From: Candidatus Woesearchaeota archaeon
GTDB taxonomy: Archaea; Nanobdellota; Nanobdellia; Woesearchaeales; 0-14-0-80-44-23
Reading direction: 5' to 3'
Assembly (NCBI GenBank): GCA_038874135.1
Contig: JAVZCZ010000001.1
Coordinates: 608,001 to 672,000 of the forward strand
DNA: 64,000 nucleotides
Shown: piece by piece, positions 1 to 9,032 of the stretch
Numbering within the stretch: position 1 is the first letter of the stretch
How the letters are laid out: each line of letters starts with the position of its first letter
Notes under the pieces: generated by a model
The model's database searches: none
Told to the model about the DNA's origin: nothing
Seen by the model: the letters and a program-made list of their open reading frames with translations, nothing else
Translations under genes and position numbers: made by a program

Positions 1-66
1 TTTGGAAATTGTGAGAAGATTGCAGAAAGAGGAGAATTCGCAATATATGCAAGTAAATATCACTAA
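1..66 (+). CDS. 3' end of a gene entering from the left (FGNCEKIAERGEFAIYASKYH*), possibly a class I SAM methyltransferase C-terminus
   Basis: Open frame from base 1 to TAA at 64-66, followed by an AT-rich promoter region; only 21 codons visible. Confidence 0.4.
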   Translation, partial: FGNCEKIAERGEFAIYASKYH

Positions 67-119
67 TAAGTAGTAACTAAACGAAAGTTTTATATACTTA
101 TTCTTATTACTTTTACAGC

Positions 120-2801
120 ATGAAGCCGCAAAATCTCTCATCTCAAAAATCTCTTGAGGAGACCATATCACGAGAAGAGGAAAAAAATCTTAGGAGAAAA
201 CACTCTTTCGCACAGAAGATAAAAGCTGCTATAATGACTACAGCAACAGCAGCAGGAATACTCTCAGGCGTATTAAGCTTTAAACCCGGCAAAGCAAACG
301 CTTCTCAGATTCTATTAGGAGAAGATACTCCTAAAGTTGAGGCACCAATGCAAACATGGTACCTACTTAACTACCAACCTTTAGAAGCAATAATACGCGA
401 AGTGTACAGAAAAGACATAAAGCTCTGGATTGGAAAGACAGAGGCAACAATAGATGAACAGAACTATACACTAGATGCCGCACCGTACATAAAAAATTCA
501 AGAACGATGGTTCCACTCCGCTTTATCAGTGAGGGACTAGGCGCAACCGTAAGCTGGGATGGAACGCAGAAGAAGGTTACAATTCAGGAAGCTGACAACA
601 CTATAGAACTCTGGATTGGAAAAACAACAGCTCTAGTTAATGGAACAAGCTACACCTTAGATGCAGCCCCAGAAATAAAGAATTCAAGAACATTCGTGCC
701 GATAAGATTTGTCTCAGAAAATCTCAACGCAAATGTGAGCTGGAACTCAGCAACTAAAGAAGTTGGCATATACAGAGAAAAAGTGAGTGAGCATATAAAC
801 ATGAACTCTGATGCAGACAAAGATGGGCTCACATTCGCGCAGGAGCAGAAGCTCGGAACAAACCCTAACAACAAGAACACGATTTATAATACTCTGACAG
901 ACAAGCAGCTGTATGATCTAGTTTCAAAATATCCAGCCCTTAACATCTTCGCAAAGAATCCTGACGGAAAGACAAGGCTCACACTTCCAGACAAGGTTAA
1001 GTACGACCTTGACCCGCTGAACCCTTTCAATCTGGATGATATCCTAAACGATGAGCTTGCAATAAGGTACGCTGCAGCCAACAACAGCGCAGATGGCAAA
1101 GCCGCAGTCCTGCAAGCAGTTCAGTCAATACTGCAGAAATACGGACAAAAGCTCGGCACAGCAGCCAAGCAGGCAACTGCAGCATCCACAATTAGCCCAG
1201 AGGAGCTAGATGCCCAGGCAAACACTGCCAAGCAGCAGGTTGAAAGTTCATTCCAGAACAGGGCGTACAATTTCAGGAGTGATGGAAGCGCAATTACGAT
1301 TGAAGACCTCACCAGCACAGACAGGTATAGGACTCTCATATCTCTGAACAAGCTCTTCGCACCTGAAGACATAAACATACTACTCTCAGAAAGCCCAACG
1401 CTCCAAAAAGGCAACTTAAGCCAATACTCACAGCTCATAAACTCACTAATAGAATGCTCAAACGCGCAGGAGCAGTTCCTAAACGAGAAGGTGAAAGATA
1501 CAAACACATTCAAGCAGAACATAAACCAGCTCTCATTATATGACAACAACACTGCAGAACTGATAATAAGGCTTTGGAATGAAAATGAATCTCTCAGAGG
1601 CTTCATAGCCAGCCATCCAAAGACAACACTGGCAGTAGCATCAGCATTCTCAAACACAATCTTAGAACAGGGCAGAATAAACTATGATGGGAAAGAATAC
1701 GACCTTAACAGCCCCGAGGCGTTTGAAAGGATAAAAGGCATACTCTCAGGACTATTTAACTACTTTGCCAAGACTGAGGAGACATTCAAGAGTCAAAAGC
1801 TCGGCTTTGCACAGTCAATCTACCACAATTCAGGAATAGAGAGCTACACCCTGATTGAGCTTCAAGGATTAGCCCCCATAACAGCAGCGGACATATGCGA
1901 CGGCGTATTCGCATCCACATTAAAAGACCAGGGCGTATCAGCTGCAATCTCCATGTTTGATGTAAACGAGCTTCTTCCCAAGCTTTACGAAGTAGCAATG
2001 AAGAACTATCACATGCGCGTGGCAAGCTACGGGTCTGGAAAGGTGCTCCTAGACTGGCTCAACCCAGAAATAGGACCAGCCTCAATAAGAATAAAGCTCA
2101 CGCCATTCTACATGTCAACAAGGCCGGACATAATTGAGGGAGGAATAGTCTTTAAGAGCGACGAAAAGAAGAATCCGGAGCAGGTGAAGGATGTAGCAGT
2201 GAAGGCGCTGAGCATAATGGACAAGTTCTCCTTCACCACTGATGAGAGGATCAAAGCCAGAGAGATTGAAATGGTAGGAGTTGAAAAGCTCATCAACATA
2301 GCCCTTCTTAGGCCTGTAATCGAGAACCTCTACGCAGTTGATCTTAAGAACAACACAGCCAAGAGCGGAACTGGAAGCGCAATTGACAGGATGGATGCTG
2401 AGAGTGAGAAGCTCGCCCGCCAGATCGGGGGAGCAACTATCTTCAACCTGGAAAAACTCAGAAGCTCGCTGCCGGCAGGAAGATACTCTGATGCAAACGT
2501 TATAGCTATACTGCTCTATACTGAGATGCAGCCTAAAGACCTAAGCACGTACGAAAAGAATCCCATACTACTGCCCTGCAGGATTGGACCCGGCTGGATA
2601 ATCAGGCCCGAGCTCGTTGCCCCTGTAACCTTGAATGATTCAGACAGGCTCTACTTCGGGATTGAATCAATTGATAAGAAGATTGAGGGGTCTTCACTAG
2701 TTCAGTCTTTCGGCTCATACTCAGCCGAGTCAAATGAGGAGTTTGACAGAAAGCTGAGCGTGGCTAAGAGCTTTATCCCATATCCTGGGGTGAAGATGTA
2801 A
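120..2801 (+). CDS. Large exported protein with copper-amine-oxidase N-terminal-like (stalk) repeats, a DxDxDG Ca-binding motif and an unknown C-terminal region
   Basis: Signal peptide ending KANA; two repeats of LWIGK...TLDAAPxIKNSRTxVPxRFxSExLxAxVSW; DADKDGLT..EQKLGTNP motif; TTTATATA box about 25 nt upstream. Confidence 0.8.
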   Translation: MKPQNLSSQKSLEETISREEEKNLRRKHSFAQKIKAAIMTTATAAGILSGVLSFKPGKANASQILLGEDTPKVEAPMQTWYLLNYQPLEAIIREVYRKDIKLWIGKTEATIDEQNYTLDAAPYIKNSRTMVPLRFISEGLGATVSWDGTQKKVTIQEADNTIELWIGKTTALVNGTSYTLDAAPEIKNSRTFVPIRFVSENLNANVSWNSATKEVGIYREKVSEHINMNSDADKDGLTFAQEQKLGTNPNNKNTIYNTLTDKQLYDLVSKYPALNIFAKNPDGKTRLTLPDKVKYDLDPLNPFNLDDILNDELAIRYAAANNSADGKAAVLQAVQSILQKYGQKLGTAAKQATAASTISPEELDAQANTAKQQVESSFQNRAYNFRSDGSAITIEDLTSTDRYRTLISLNKLFAPEDINILLSESPTLQKGNLSQYSQLINSLIECSNAQEQFLNEKVKDTNTFKQNINQLSLYDNNTAELIIRLWNENESLRGFIASHPKTTLAVASAFSNTILEQGRINYDGKEYDLNSPEAFERIKGILSGLFNYFAKTEETFKSQKLGFAQSIYHNSGIESYTLIELQGLAPITAADICDGVFASTLKDQGVSAAISMFDVNELLPKLYEVAMKNYHMRVASYGSGKVLLDWLNPEIGPASIRIKLTPFYMSTRPDIIEGGIVFKSDEKKNPEQVKDVAVKALSIMDKFSFTTDERIKAREIEMVGVEKLINIALLRPVIENLYAVDLKNNTAKSGTGSAIDRMDAESEKLARQIGGATIFNLEKLRSSLPAGRYSDANVIAILLYTEMQPKDLSTYEKNPILLPCRIGPGWIIRPELVAPVTLNDSDRLYFGIESIDKKIEGSSLVQSFGSYSAESNEEFDRKLSVAKSFIPYPGVKM

Positions 2802-2814
2802 GTTTTTATGTTCA

Positions 2815-4350
2815 TTAACCAAGATCACAGGATGTGGTCGAATTAGGCCCGACTTTAAAACATTCATCATTACAACAAATTCCTGCACAACAGCTCCCCC
2901 CACACAGCACTTCACCCTTTTTACATTGTGTTGGGGGCATTGGCGGCTCATCCGGGGGAATTTCTTGATTAGTATTAACTTTTTGGCAGTTGCCGTTTTC
3001 GTCGCATTCGCAATCTACAGTGATGCCGTTTTCAATATATTTTGCTCTGAAGCCCTTTTTGAATGAGATTCTAGTGGTTTCGTTGCAGCAGGAGGGGTTA
3101 TAGGAAAACTTCTTGCTGCCAATTTTGAATAGAACATTTGAATCCGGAAGATATACTCCTATGTATTCATGATTTCTCGTTTCTAATTCTGGTGTTTGAG
3201 AAGAATATTCGCACATCACTCTTATTCTTATGCCTTCCTGCCAGTCCTTTAAGTCCTGAGGGTCTATTGCTGTAACATTTAACATGTGTACTCCAATATC
3301 GCCAGTACTGGCGTTGAAGCTATTCACCTTTCTCTTGTGAAAAATCCATTTTATGTTATTGCTGCTGTCCAGTGTCATGTTGTAAATGTCTACTGTGATG
3401 TTCAGCTGGTCTTCGTCAGGGTCAACTGCGTATCTTGTAAAGTCTATCTCGTCAGAGATGTTAAATTCAAGAGGGCTTGGAATGTTTTTTAGCACGGGAT
3501 TTCTGTTTTCTCTCAGGATTCTGAAGGTGTGTCCCGTTTTGTTGTCCCTCACCTCTATTGTGTCAAATTCTATTCCCCTTTTTATTACGAAGCCTCCGTA
3601 AGGGTAGAGCAGGTTGTAAGTAGGCTTGTTCAGCACATCCTCAAAAGCCATGAAGTCAAGCTTGAGGTCATTCAGGACAAACCTCAAAGCACTCTGATAC
3701 TCCCTGCCAATTCTGACTGGCGAGATGTACTTGTACTCGCTCTTTTTCAGCTTCACAGCAGTCTTGTTAACCTGTACTGAGAGTGGCAGGTAGAGCTCAA
3801 ATATTGTGTCCGAATCTCCAATTGTTACTTTCATGTCAGATGCTTCTGCACTGACCTTTAATCCGTACTTTTCATAATTTTGAAGGTCTATACACTCTTT
3901 TGTCCTATAAAGTGCGTATTCAGCCAGCATTTCCGCAATGCTTGGACTTAATTCCGAACTTGAGTCGAGCTTCGGGATTTGCAGCTTCCCAATCATGCTT
4001 TCAGATCTCGGATATGCTGGCGGCTGGTCTTCAGTGTTTCTAAGCATCCAGAAAACTTCTGAGCCATCATGCCTTCTAATTTTTGACTCATCTGCTACGC
4101 CGCCCTGCTCTTTGAATATGAATCCTCCCTGTGCTCCGGCAATTCGCAGAGCTTCTTCTGCTCCTATCTTAAGACAGGACTCAACATTTGCTTGTATGTT
4201 CAGCATCTGGTTTTCAATTGCGCTTTTTTGAATAGCATTCTGCCTCATCATGTTTATTGCGTTCTGCTGGCTGAATATTATTAGGATCGTGAAAGTGCCC
4301 ACTACTATTAATCCGAGTATGAGAAATATTGCCATCTGAGCCCTGGTCAT
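2815..4350 (-). CDS. Large pilin-like surface protein with class III signal peptide, Ig-like domain and Cys-rich C-terminus
   Basis: N-terminus RAQ/MAIFLILGLIVV; NRNPVL..DPDEDQL Ig/cadherin-like motif; Pro linker then CKKGEVLCGGSCCAGICCNDEC. Confidence 0.7.
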   Translation of the reverse strand: MTRAQMAIFLILGLIVVGTFTILIIFSQQNAINMMRQNAIQKSAIENQMLNIQANVESCLKIGAEEALRIAGAQGGFIFKEQGGVADESKIRRHDGSEVFWMLRNTEDQPPAYPRSESMIGKLQIPKLDSSSELSPSIAEMLAEYALYRTKECIDLQNYEKYGLKVSAEASDMKVTIGDSDTIFELYLPLSVQVNKTAVKLKKSEYKYISPVRIGREYQSALRFVLNDLKLDFMAFEDVLNKPTYNLLYPYGGFVIKRGIEFDTIEVRDNKTGHTFRILRENRNPVLKNIPSPLEFNISDEIDFTRYAVDPDEDQLNITVDIYNMTLDSSNNIKWIFHKRKVNSFNASTGDIGVHMLNVTAIDPQDLKDWQEGIRIRVMCEYSSQTPELETRNHEYIGVYLPDSNVLFKIGSKKFSYNPSCCNETTRISFKKGFRAKYIENGITVDCECDENGNCQKVNTNQEIPPDEPPMPPTQCKKGEVLCGGSCCAGICCNDECFKVGPNSTTSCDLG

Positions 4351-4481
4351 CCTCTTTTTCCCAGCTGTTCTCTATCTAAATTACTATTAAAATCTTTTCA
4401 TTTTATGGCATTGGACATTAGACATATGTACGCGCAGCCTATTTAAGCATTCTAACGCATTATTTTTATGAGGTGATAGGA

Positions 4482-4592
4482 ATGGTTGATCTTTCGCACG
4501 AGACGATAAGCAGGCTATTCTTTGAGCAGATCAGAAACTTAAGCGTTGGGCTGAAGGAGCCTAGGGCATTATGCCGTAGTAGAGTAGTGTGA
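4482..4592 (+). CDS. Putative 36-aa small protein or truncated gene remnant (MVDLSHETISRLFFEQIRNLSVGLKEPRALCRSRVV)
   Basis: Strong SD GAGGTGA 5 nt before ATG 4482; TTTAAG TATA-like element at 4442; overlaps the 3' end of the opposite-strand gene. Confidence 0.35.
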   Translation: MVDLSHETISRLFFEQIRNLSVGLKEPRALCRSRVV

Positions 4593-5148
4593 ATCTCTCC
4601 GCCGCCTTTATTGTTTCATTTCCACTTCCCCTTAAATATACGCAGTTGCCCCTTAAAAATACAGAAGCATTTCCAAAGCTCTCAATCTGTATTATGGGAG
4701 ATGAATTATCCACGCTGCAGTTTGTTACAGTGTAATTTTTGCACGCGGCATTGTCCTGTCTTGAGCACGCAACTTCAGGGGTTCTTCCAAAGTAGGTTAG
4801 CAGGTTTGTTTCCAGATCGAAGATTGTCACAAAGATGTACGGCATTTCTGATTTATCTGCCAGAGGGTCAAAAACTAGATAAACCCCGTTTCCCGTCAAG
4901 AACCTTTTGTCAACAGATCCTGAGACGCTCACATTTTCAAGCTCGGATGGGAGGTAGTGGAATGGAACCCTGTAAAGGTATTTTCCAACCTGCACTTGAG
5001 TATACCATAAGGGACCTTCTCTTTCAAATACGAAGCCGTTGTAGGTGTATGGCTGATTCATTTCCCTGAAGGGCTTCCAAACAAGGACTGCTAAGACTGC
5101 AGCTATTACAACTATGCTTATAACTATTAAGATATTTTGTATTTTCAT
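4561..5148 (-). CDS. Membrane-anchored hypothetical protein (paralog of 5145..5738)
   Basis: N-terminal TM, YNGFxF...W...F(H/Y)..P motif, C..PII..CVYL motif shared with its neighbour. Confidence 0.75.
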   Translation of the reverse strand: MKIQNILIVISIVVIAAVLAVLVWKPFREMNQPYTYNGFVFEREGPLWYTQVQVGKYLYRVPFHYLPSELENVSVSGSVDKRFLTGNGVYLVFDPLADKSEMPYIFVTIFDLETNLLTYFGRTPEVACSRQDNAACKNYTVTNCSVDNSSPIIQIESFGNASVFLRGNCVYLRGSGNETIKAAERFTLLYYGIMP

Positions 5149-5738
5149 TTCTGTGCACCTTCAGTAAGCTTTGCAATCCTGAACTCTATGAGGTCTCTGA
5201 GTGCGAGAATGTCTTGTGTGCTGCCAGCTTTGAATTCCAGGCAGTCTGCGCTTCCTGAGATTTCAAACTTTTGCGATTCTGATATTACAATCATCGGAGT
5301 TGAGGAGCAGTTTAGGATTGGGAGTGAATACTTTTCGTCATAGCTAGTGATTCCCCTTTGCAGGGTGATTCCCCTCTGCATTAGAAATGTGGTTAGGTCT
5401 AAGCTTACTGCATCCAGTGCAGTTAGGAACTGCTGTGAAGAGTTGGGGTTGAAGGAGAGGTATAACCTCCGCTGATCTGTAATGCTCTTTAAGCTTTCAT
5501 TAGGAATGTTGAGTGAGAGGAACTCTTCAGGTGAAGTATAAAATGTGATTCTGAAGCTGGCAGTTTTTGCACTCCAAACCCCGTTGGAATTGTAGAATCT
5601 AACCCCCTCATAACTTTTTATTGAGGATAGGTAATCTGCTATGAAGTATGCAACGGTTCCGAACAGCATTACTGATGTTATGGCTAAGGAGAGTATCCTT
5701 TTCCTCTTTTCCAAGTTGTCTTTTTCTCGTTTTTTCAT
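5145..5738 (-). CDS. Membrane-anchored hypothetical protein (paralog of 4561..5148)
   Basis: N-terminal TM, YEGVRF...W...FYTSP, NC...PMIVI...CLEF; 4-nt overlap coupling. Confidence 0.75.
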   Translation of the reverse strand: MKKREKDNLEKRKRILSLAITSVMLFGTVAYFIADYLSSIKSYEGVRFYNSNGVWSAKTASFRITFYTSPEEFLSLNIPNESLKSITDQRRLYLSFNPNSSQQFLTALDAVSLDLTTFLMQRGITLQRGITSYDEKYSLPILNCSSTPMIVISESQKFEISGSADCLEFKAGSTQDILALRDLIEFRIAKLTEGAQK

Positions 5739-5792
5739 GATAACTGGTCTGGATAAGAAATATTTAAAACTAATGAATTTTTATCATGTCTT

Positions 5793-6059
5793 ATGCAGCA
5801 GGTTCACCTCAGAATTTACGGAAGGGTGCACGGAGTCGGCTTCAGATTCTTTGTGAAGCAGCAAGCGCGCCTCCTGGGATTAAAAGGGTATGTGAGGAAT
5901 GAGAAGGACCATGTAGAGGTTGTTGCGCAGGGACAGGATTTCAAAATTAAAGAGTTTATAAACAGGTGTAAGAGGGGTCCCGTTCTTTCAAATGTTGAGC
6001 GCGTAGATGTATCCTATGAGGAGCCCTCTGAGCTAGAAGATTTTGAGATTCGTCTTTAG
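5793..6059 (+). CDS. acyP: Acylphosphatase
   Basis: GRVHGVGFR and GYVRN motifs; 88 aa. Confidence 0.95.
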   Translation: MQQVHLRIYGRVHGVGFRFFVKQQARLLGLKGYVRNEKDHVEVVAQGQDFKIKEFINRCKRGPVLSNVERVDVSYEEPSELEDFEIRL

Positions 6060-7192
6060 AACTCCCTGCAGATTAGTGCCCTGTCTGCTGTTATGAATAC
6101 CTGAAAGGCAGCGCTTCCCGATAGTCCTTTTTCCATCTCTCTTCTTACAATCCAATAATCCTCTGCAGGAATCCTGCCTCTGAGAAGTGCCCTTCCAGCC
6201 CCTAAAAGTTTTAGTTTTCGGTTTATCTCTTTGGGAGAGTTTGTGCAGGATTCAACAATCTTGTACCTTCTTAGGTATGGGCTTTCAAAGGGCTCCCGGC
6301 TTCCAAGGAGCATGAGCTTTTTGTCCTCATACAGTTTTCCGACTTCAATGTTTTCAGGGAGCGCTTCTACAACCAGGCCTGCTTTTCTGACAGCAGGATT
6401 AACTTCATATGCGTAGCTGCTGTTTTCAACATTTTTGAGCAGAACTTTTAGTTCCCTGTTCTGAAGGTAGTTTCCCTGTGGAAGGAGAACTGCGCTCCTG
6501 CTGCATCTTTTGAGACTTCCAAAATAGAGGTTAAGCCGGTTTAGACTCCAGTTGAGCGAGACATACTCCGCTTCGCATTCAAGGCTTATCCTCTCAGGAC
6601 CTATTTGAGGTGGTGCTTCTATGCATATCCTGTCTGTTATCTTTGAATATTCCGATAGTATTCTTCCTATTTCTGGAATGCTTTCAAGTCTCCTCTCAGC
6701 CGCACTTGGACTCCTGCTTGGATCACAAAATATTGCATCCACCCCCTTTATTTTCTCAAACAGCGAGCTATCAAATATGTCTGCACGTATGAATTCAATG
6801 TTTCTTATTCCCAATGCGTCAGCATTCATTTTTGCCAGTTTTATCTTTTCTGCATCCAGTTCAACAGCGTAAACCTTTTCAAAGCGTTTTGCAAATTCTA
6901 TTGTCTGAAAGCCTATGCCGCAGCAAAGGTCAGCTATGCTCAGGCTTCCAGATGCGGCAATTCTTGAAGCCCTGTATTCTCCAACTTCTTTTGGAGTTGC
7001 AAATCTTAACGCCTCTTCTGTTAAAAACATCTTGTACGCTTCAGGATGCTTCTTAACAGCTTTTCGTCTAATAACTTCTAGTTCAACCTCAGCGATGCTG
7101 CACTGCATTCCCTCATCTTTTAGTGCTGCGATTATCTCAGAAGGATTTTTTCCCATTTGGACGAGCTCCCTAATCCTTTCAGTTTTATCCAT
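6056..7192 (-). CDS. Class I SAM-dependent RNA methyltransferase (RNA cap N2-guanine MTase-like with THUMP-like C-terminus)
   Basis: ADLCCGIG SAM motif, FCDPSR motif, ECEAEYVSL. Confidence 0.8.
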   Translation of the reverse strand: MDKTERIRELVQMGKNPSEIIAALKDEGMQCSIAEVELEVIRRKAVKKHPEAYKMFLTEEALRFATPKEVGEYRASRIAASGSLSIADLCCGIGFQTIEFAKRFEKVYAVELDAEKIKLAKMNADALGIRNIEFIRADIFDSSLFEKIKGVDAIFCDPSRSPSAAERRLESIPEIGRILSEYSKITDRICIEAPPQIGPERISLECEAEYVSLNWSLNRLNLYFGSLKRCSRSAVLLPQGNYLQNRELKVLLKNVENSSYAYEVNPAVRKAGLVVEALPENIEVGKLYEDKKLMLLGSREPFESPYLRRYKIVESCTNSPKEINRKLKLLGAGRALLRGRIPAEDYWIVRREMEKGLSGSAAFQVFITADRALICREF

Positions 7193-7193
7193 G

Positions 7194-8207
7194 CTAACAC
7201 GCCTTGAGAACCATTATCCTTTTAGTTAGGCTCTTATGTATGTAGTGGTCAAATACTGCTTCTATTTTAATTCTCTTAAGCCTTTCTCTAAACATTGAAT
7301 AGTCTTTCTTGTTTATGCAGAGTACAGCAGTCCCTTTTAATCTTAATTCTAGCACTTTTATAAACTTTGCATATAATTTTTCTTTTTCTTCTGAAAGTTT
7401 GGAGCTTTTTCCATATGGAAGGTCTGAAACCACATATTCCAAAGGCTTTGAAATCTGAGTAGCATCCAGCCTGAAGATTTTTGCTCTTATTCCGAGATGT
7501 TTTAGGTTTTGGGCGCACAATTTAAGCATGTCCTCATCAATGTCGGAGCCCTCAGCTTTCATTCCAATTAGAGCCGCCTCAATAAGTATGCCGCCTGTTC
7601 CGCAGAAGGGATCATATACTCTGCTGCCATCTGATGCGCCCGTAAGGTTCACCATGCACCTTGAAAGTTTCGGATGCATCCCAACAGGATATCTTGACGG
7701 AAGCTTACCCTGTCTCCTATTCTCAAAACCTTCTTCCCTCTCCGCGATGACTTTAACACAAAAAATTTTTTCATCCTGAACTATGATTCTTATATCAGTC
7801 TCAGGATTAGTAAGATTGACAACTGGTTCTAATCCACTCTTTTTGAGAAACTCAAATATCAAACCGCCAATTTTACCTTCACTCAATTCCCGCTTATGAT
7901 TCTTTCTATTAATCCGCAACACCCTCACTGCAAAACTCTGTTCGTAAATCCTTGCCCAATCAAACTTTTTTAAAAGGCTGTCCAACTCGTGAACCTCGCA
8001 CCTGAATAGGAGATCTCCCGAAATCCTGGTCAATGCCAAGCGACTTTGAATCCTGCGCATCTTCTCTTTAGAAATCTCTGTTTTGACTATTACAAGACGG
8101 CCTTCCCTTTTCAACTTAATAATTTGAGAGTAGGCTTCAAGCACTGATTTCAGCTCTGCAGCTGCAAGTTTAGTGTTCTCTCCTGAGAGCAGAAAACATT
8201 TTAGCAT
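7194..8207 (-). CDS. trm11: tRNA (guanine-10-N2) methyltransferase, THUMP plus MTase
   Basis: THUMP (SFAVRV..VNLTNPE), YDPFCGTGGILIEA, SDLPYG. Confidence 0.85.
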   Translation of the reverse strand: MLKCFLLSGENTKLAAAELKSVLEAYSQIIKLKREGRLVIVKTEISKEKMRRIQSRLALTRISGDLLFRCEVHELDSLLKKFDWARIYEQSFAVRVLRINRKNHKRELSEGKIGGLIFEFLKKSGLEPVVNLTNPETDIRIIVQDEKIFCVKVIAEREEGFENRRQGKLPSRYPVGMHPKLSRCMVNLTGASDGSRVYDPFCGTGGILIEAALIGMKAEGSDIDEDMLKLCAQNLKHLGIRAKIFRLDATQISKPLEYVVSDLPYGKSSKLSEEKEKLYAKFIKVLELRLKGTAVLCINKKDYSMFRERLKRIKIEAVFDHYIHKSLTKRIMVLKAC

Positions 8208-8272
8208 AGTTGCACATGCTCTTATTTCATATTAAAATCTTTTTAAAAAAATATTTAATCCTAATATGATAA

Positions 8273-8638
8273 GTGTTTAATATGGAAGTTGCTCGTAGGG
8301 GCAGGCCCTCCTTTTCACAAGTAAGGGAAAATCTTGCTAAGATACTCTTTGTGGCTGGCGAATGTTACGGGTATGAAGCATTTCTAATTTACAGGATGGT
8401 TTTTTCTCCAGTGTCAATTCGCTCCATCTACTATAACCTTCAAAAAGGAGTAGCTCTTGAGGAGTTTTCAATATCCAGAGTGGAAAGGGCAGAGGGACGC
8501 TTTTCATGGGGTGATAATTCTGAAAGGAGTTATTACGCTCTGAATAACAAGCGGGTGAGCATTTCTGAAGAGGAAGTTGTTAGGATAAGGTACGCAATTA
8601 AAAGAATACAAGAACAGCATGGACCGGCCGGGAATTGA
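8273..8638 (+). CDS. Hypothetical winged-helix-like protein
   Basis: RRGRP..YGYE..SIRSIYYNLQKG..FSWG; PadR-like wHTH pattern. Confidence 0.65.
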   Translation: MFNMEVARRGRPSFSQVRENLAKILFVAGECYGYEAFLIYRMVFSPVSIRSIYYNLQKGVALEEFSISRVERAEGRFSWGDNSERSYYALNNKRVSISEEEVVRIRYAIKRIQEQHGPAGN

Positions 8639-8691
8639 ACCCGGAGCCTCTGCCGTGCGAAGGCAGCGTTATGCCGTTTAACTACCGGCCC
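8620..8691 (-). tRNA. tRNA-Ala(CGC)
   Basis: GGGCCGG acceptor with G3:U70, anticodon arm CTGCC-TTCGCAC-GGCAG, TTCAA T-loop; no encoded CCA. Confidence 0.95.
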
Positions 8692-8797
8692 GCACGCTTA
8701 AATGGTTTTGAAGAGCAGTTTTTAAGAATTTTGTTTTTGAAGTAGTTCCAAAACATTTAAATACGAATCGGACAAATTGATAAGGTGAGGTGGTCCA

Positions 8798-9031
8798 ATG
8801 TCAAAATCACCAATTCCCCTTGCCGTTGTTGAGAAGATCATCAAAGAGGTTGACCCCAACATCAGAGTTTCAGATTCTGCAAAGCAGGCCATGTCCGACT
8901 TTTTGAATGACATTGCTAAGAGCATTGCTAGAAAGGCAATAATCTATTCTCAACACGCGGGCAGAGTGACTGTGAAGGATGTGGATTTAAAACAGGTTAG
9001 GGAGGAGCTCTCACGCCTCCTGATGATCTAG
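8798..9031 (+). CDS. Archaeal histone (HMf family)
   Basis: IPLA.V.KII..RVS..AK..HAGRVTVKDVD histone-fold motifs; SD GAGGTGG. Confidence 0.93.
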   Translation: MSKSPIPLAVVEKIIKEVDPNIRVSDSAKQAMSDFLNDIAKSIARKAIIYSQHAGRVTVKDVDLKQVREELSRLLMI

Positions 9032-9032
9032 T

